A stretch of 56,400 bases of DNA from a virus (taxonomy: Duplodnaviria; Caudoviricetes). This document shows, one piece after another, positions 55,009 through 56,400 of this stretch (positions are counted from its first letter, which is position 1; each line of letters opens with the position of its first letter). Below the pieces are notes generated by a model. The model had not been told where the DNA came from. It searched no databases and was given only the letters and a program-made list of their open reading frames with translations. The position numbers and the translations under genes are program-made. Location: positions 1 to 56,400 of the IMG/VR virus record IMGVR_UViG_3300020121_000067; one strand, written 5' to 3'.

Positions 55009-55551
55009 CTAGCTAATCGACGTGCTCGGATTCGCAGCCGTCACCGTCGTGGTGGCTCCCACCACCGGTGCGGTGATTGAGCAGGCCAGCACCACGTCGG
55101 GGATGGTGTCCCCGCCGGAGTCTCGCGTGCTGATGGTCAGGTTCGCGGTGCCAAGGGAATACGTCACCGAGGATGAACTGCCAGAGGTGGAACCCACAGC
55201 CACTGCCGGCCCGTCGGAGGCCACGGTGTAGGTGCAGCGGGAAGTGATGTCCACCGGCGGGGTGGAGCTGTCAAACGTCTGGAACGTCAGCGTATCGGTT
55301 CCAGGGATGGATTTCAGGGAAGTTTGCGGCATATTGATTGCTCCTGTGTCGGAAAAGATTATGGTGCTGGCCCGGCCACGCGGATGCGATGTCAGGATGC
55401 GGAATATCTGCTCCACACGACAGGCCAGCCTGCGCAGCTCGTGCCGGATTTCTTCAATCTCGGATGGTTTGTGATTTCTGTGTCTTGTCACGAAGGGATT
55501 GTACGACAGGATACGTTGGAATAGATGTCTTATTTTGGACATGATGCTCAT
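55009..55551 (-). CDS. Ig-like virion protein with basic N-terminal extension; second in-frame start at 55332
   Basis: T/S/V-rich C-terminal domain; internal AGGAG RBS before ATG 55332. Confidence 0.6.
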   Translation of the reverse strand: MSIMSKIRHLFQRILSYNPFVTRHRNHKPSEIEEIRHELRRLACRVEQIFRILTSHPRGRASTIIFSDTGAINMPQTSLKSIPGTDTLTFQTFDSSTPPVDITSRCTYTVASDGPAVAVGSTSGSSSSVTYSLGTANLTISTRDSGGDTIPDVVLACSITAPVVGATTTVTAANPSTSIS

Positions 55552-55554
55552 ACA

Positions 55555-56400
55555 TCAGGCGAACTGCGGAGGCACCGACTCCGGTAGTGGCTCCGTCTCC
55601 CAGTCCAGCGCATCAATGTCCACTTGGCCTGTGCCTGCGATGGTAGCATGAGCTGTCAGCGCCGTGGTCAGCAGATCCGCCCACGCGAGGAATCGCGACT
55701 GGCCGAAGGAGTAGGTCACCGGAACCTGTGCGATGTCGTCCACATAGTCATAGCTCGGAGTGACAGTCACGGTAGCGAGATTCGCAGGCGTGGCGATTCC
55801 CTTAACGGCCACGCGCTCGTAGAACACGCGGGAAGTTCCTCCGCCCGCAAGGAGTTCCGCTGGGCGCACGCTCCAAGTGATGGGAGTACCATCCCAGGTC
55901 AGGTCTCCCGCTTGCAGCCTCCGCGTCGATCCGTCGTTGAAGCTCCCGGCTACAGTGATGGGCTGCGTACCCGGAGCGCGGACTTGCCGCAGCACTGAGA
56001 TCGAGAACGGGAGGTCGATGACCGTCCAGCACTTTTGCACGAGGTCGTAACAGAGGATGCGGGTGAGACCTCCGACTCCGGCGTTCAGCGTTCCGGCGGT
56101 AACGAAGCCAGACGGGCTATGGAAGATTACGCCTGCGAGGAACTGCGCGGGAGTGATATCGGTGTACGCGGAATAGGCCAACGATGAGAAGCCAAAGTAC
56201 ACGCGGTACTTCGTGGCGAGGGGATTTGGCGTTCCCTGCACCTGCACGGACGTAGACAGGAATTGCGGTTGCAATGGGAACTGCGCGGATATGTTGGTCT
56301 CCTGCGATACTCCATTCACCAGCGTGAACGCGGTCACCTTGATGTACGCAGTCCCAGTTCCAATGAACCAGCCGGAGCCTATGTCAGCGACCAGCGTGGC
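55555..56400 (-). CDS. C-terminal part of the origin-spanning tail nozzle/head-closure gene
   Basis: In frame with 1..1858 through the 127-nt overlap; 'ILCYDLVQKCWT'. Confidence 0.75.
   Translation of the reverse strand, partial: ATLVADIGSGWFIGTGTAYIKVTAFTLVNGVSQETNISAQFPLQPQFLSTSVQVQGTPNPLATKYRVYFGFSSLAYSAYTDITPAQFLAGVIFHSPSGFVTAGTLNAGVGGLTRILCYDLVQKCWTVIDLPFSISVLRQVRAPGTQPITVAGSFNDGSTRRLQAGDLTWDGTPITWSVRPAELLAGGGTSRVFYERVAVKGIATPANLATVTVTPSYDYVDDIAQVPVTYSFGQSRFLAWADLLTTALTAHATIAGTGQVDIDALDWETEPLPESVPPQFA
56274..56400. repeat. Copy of bases 1-127
   Basis: Exact identity. Confidence 0.97.

Noticed and set aside
1-56400. Genome-wide TAG reassignment (alternative genetic code)
   Set aside because: Only one conserved gene has an internal TAG; many genes (polA, Sak4-like, SSB-like, the helicase itself) end at TAG at sensible positions, and no suppressor tRNA was seen
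1-56400. CRISPR array, DGR/retron, tRNA, integrase or IS element
   Set aside because: No regularly spaced repeats, RT motifs, cloverleaf or recombinase motifs found by eye; a computational scan could still find weak cases

Overview
An apparently complete, circularly assembled ~56.3 kb (56,273 bp unique) dsDNA tailed-phage genome of podovirus-like organisation; bases 1-127 are repeated exactly at 56274-56400. A long leftward (minus-strand) unit runs from ~18.7 kb through the origin to ~44.2 kb. It encodes an XRE regulator, a C5 methyltransferase, many small Zn-finger proteins, an intein-containing large terminase, portal, basic micropeptides, scaffold, major capsid, tail adaptor/nozzle, GNAT-like and ejection proteins, and a beta-helix tailspike that carries a signal peptide. 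A rightward unit (19.3-44.1 kb) encodes a second C5-MTase-like protein, UvrD- and Pif1-like helicases (the latter with one in-frame amber), a Spo11/TopoVI-A-like Toprim protein, an exonuclease/Sak4-like ATPase/SSB-like recombination module, a UDG-PolA fusion with unusual catalytic motifs, two HNH genes, a Dam-like MTase and a lysis cassette. I recognised no primase, DnaB helicase, integrase, tRNA, CRISPR or reverse transcriptase. The best candidate for something new is a primase-less replication set-up: a catalytically degenerate HUH-Rep with a structured leader, divergent from a stand-alone Spo11-like protein, together with a PolA altered at the steric gate. All family calls come from motif recognition by eye, not from database searches, and the host cannot be determined from the sequence.
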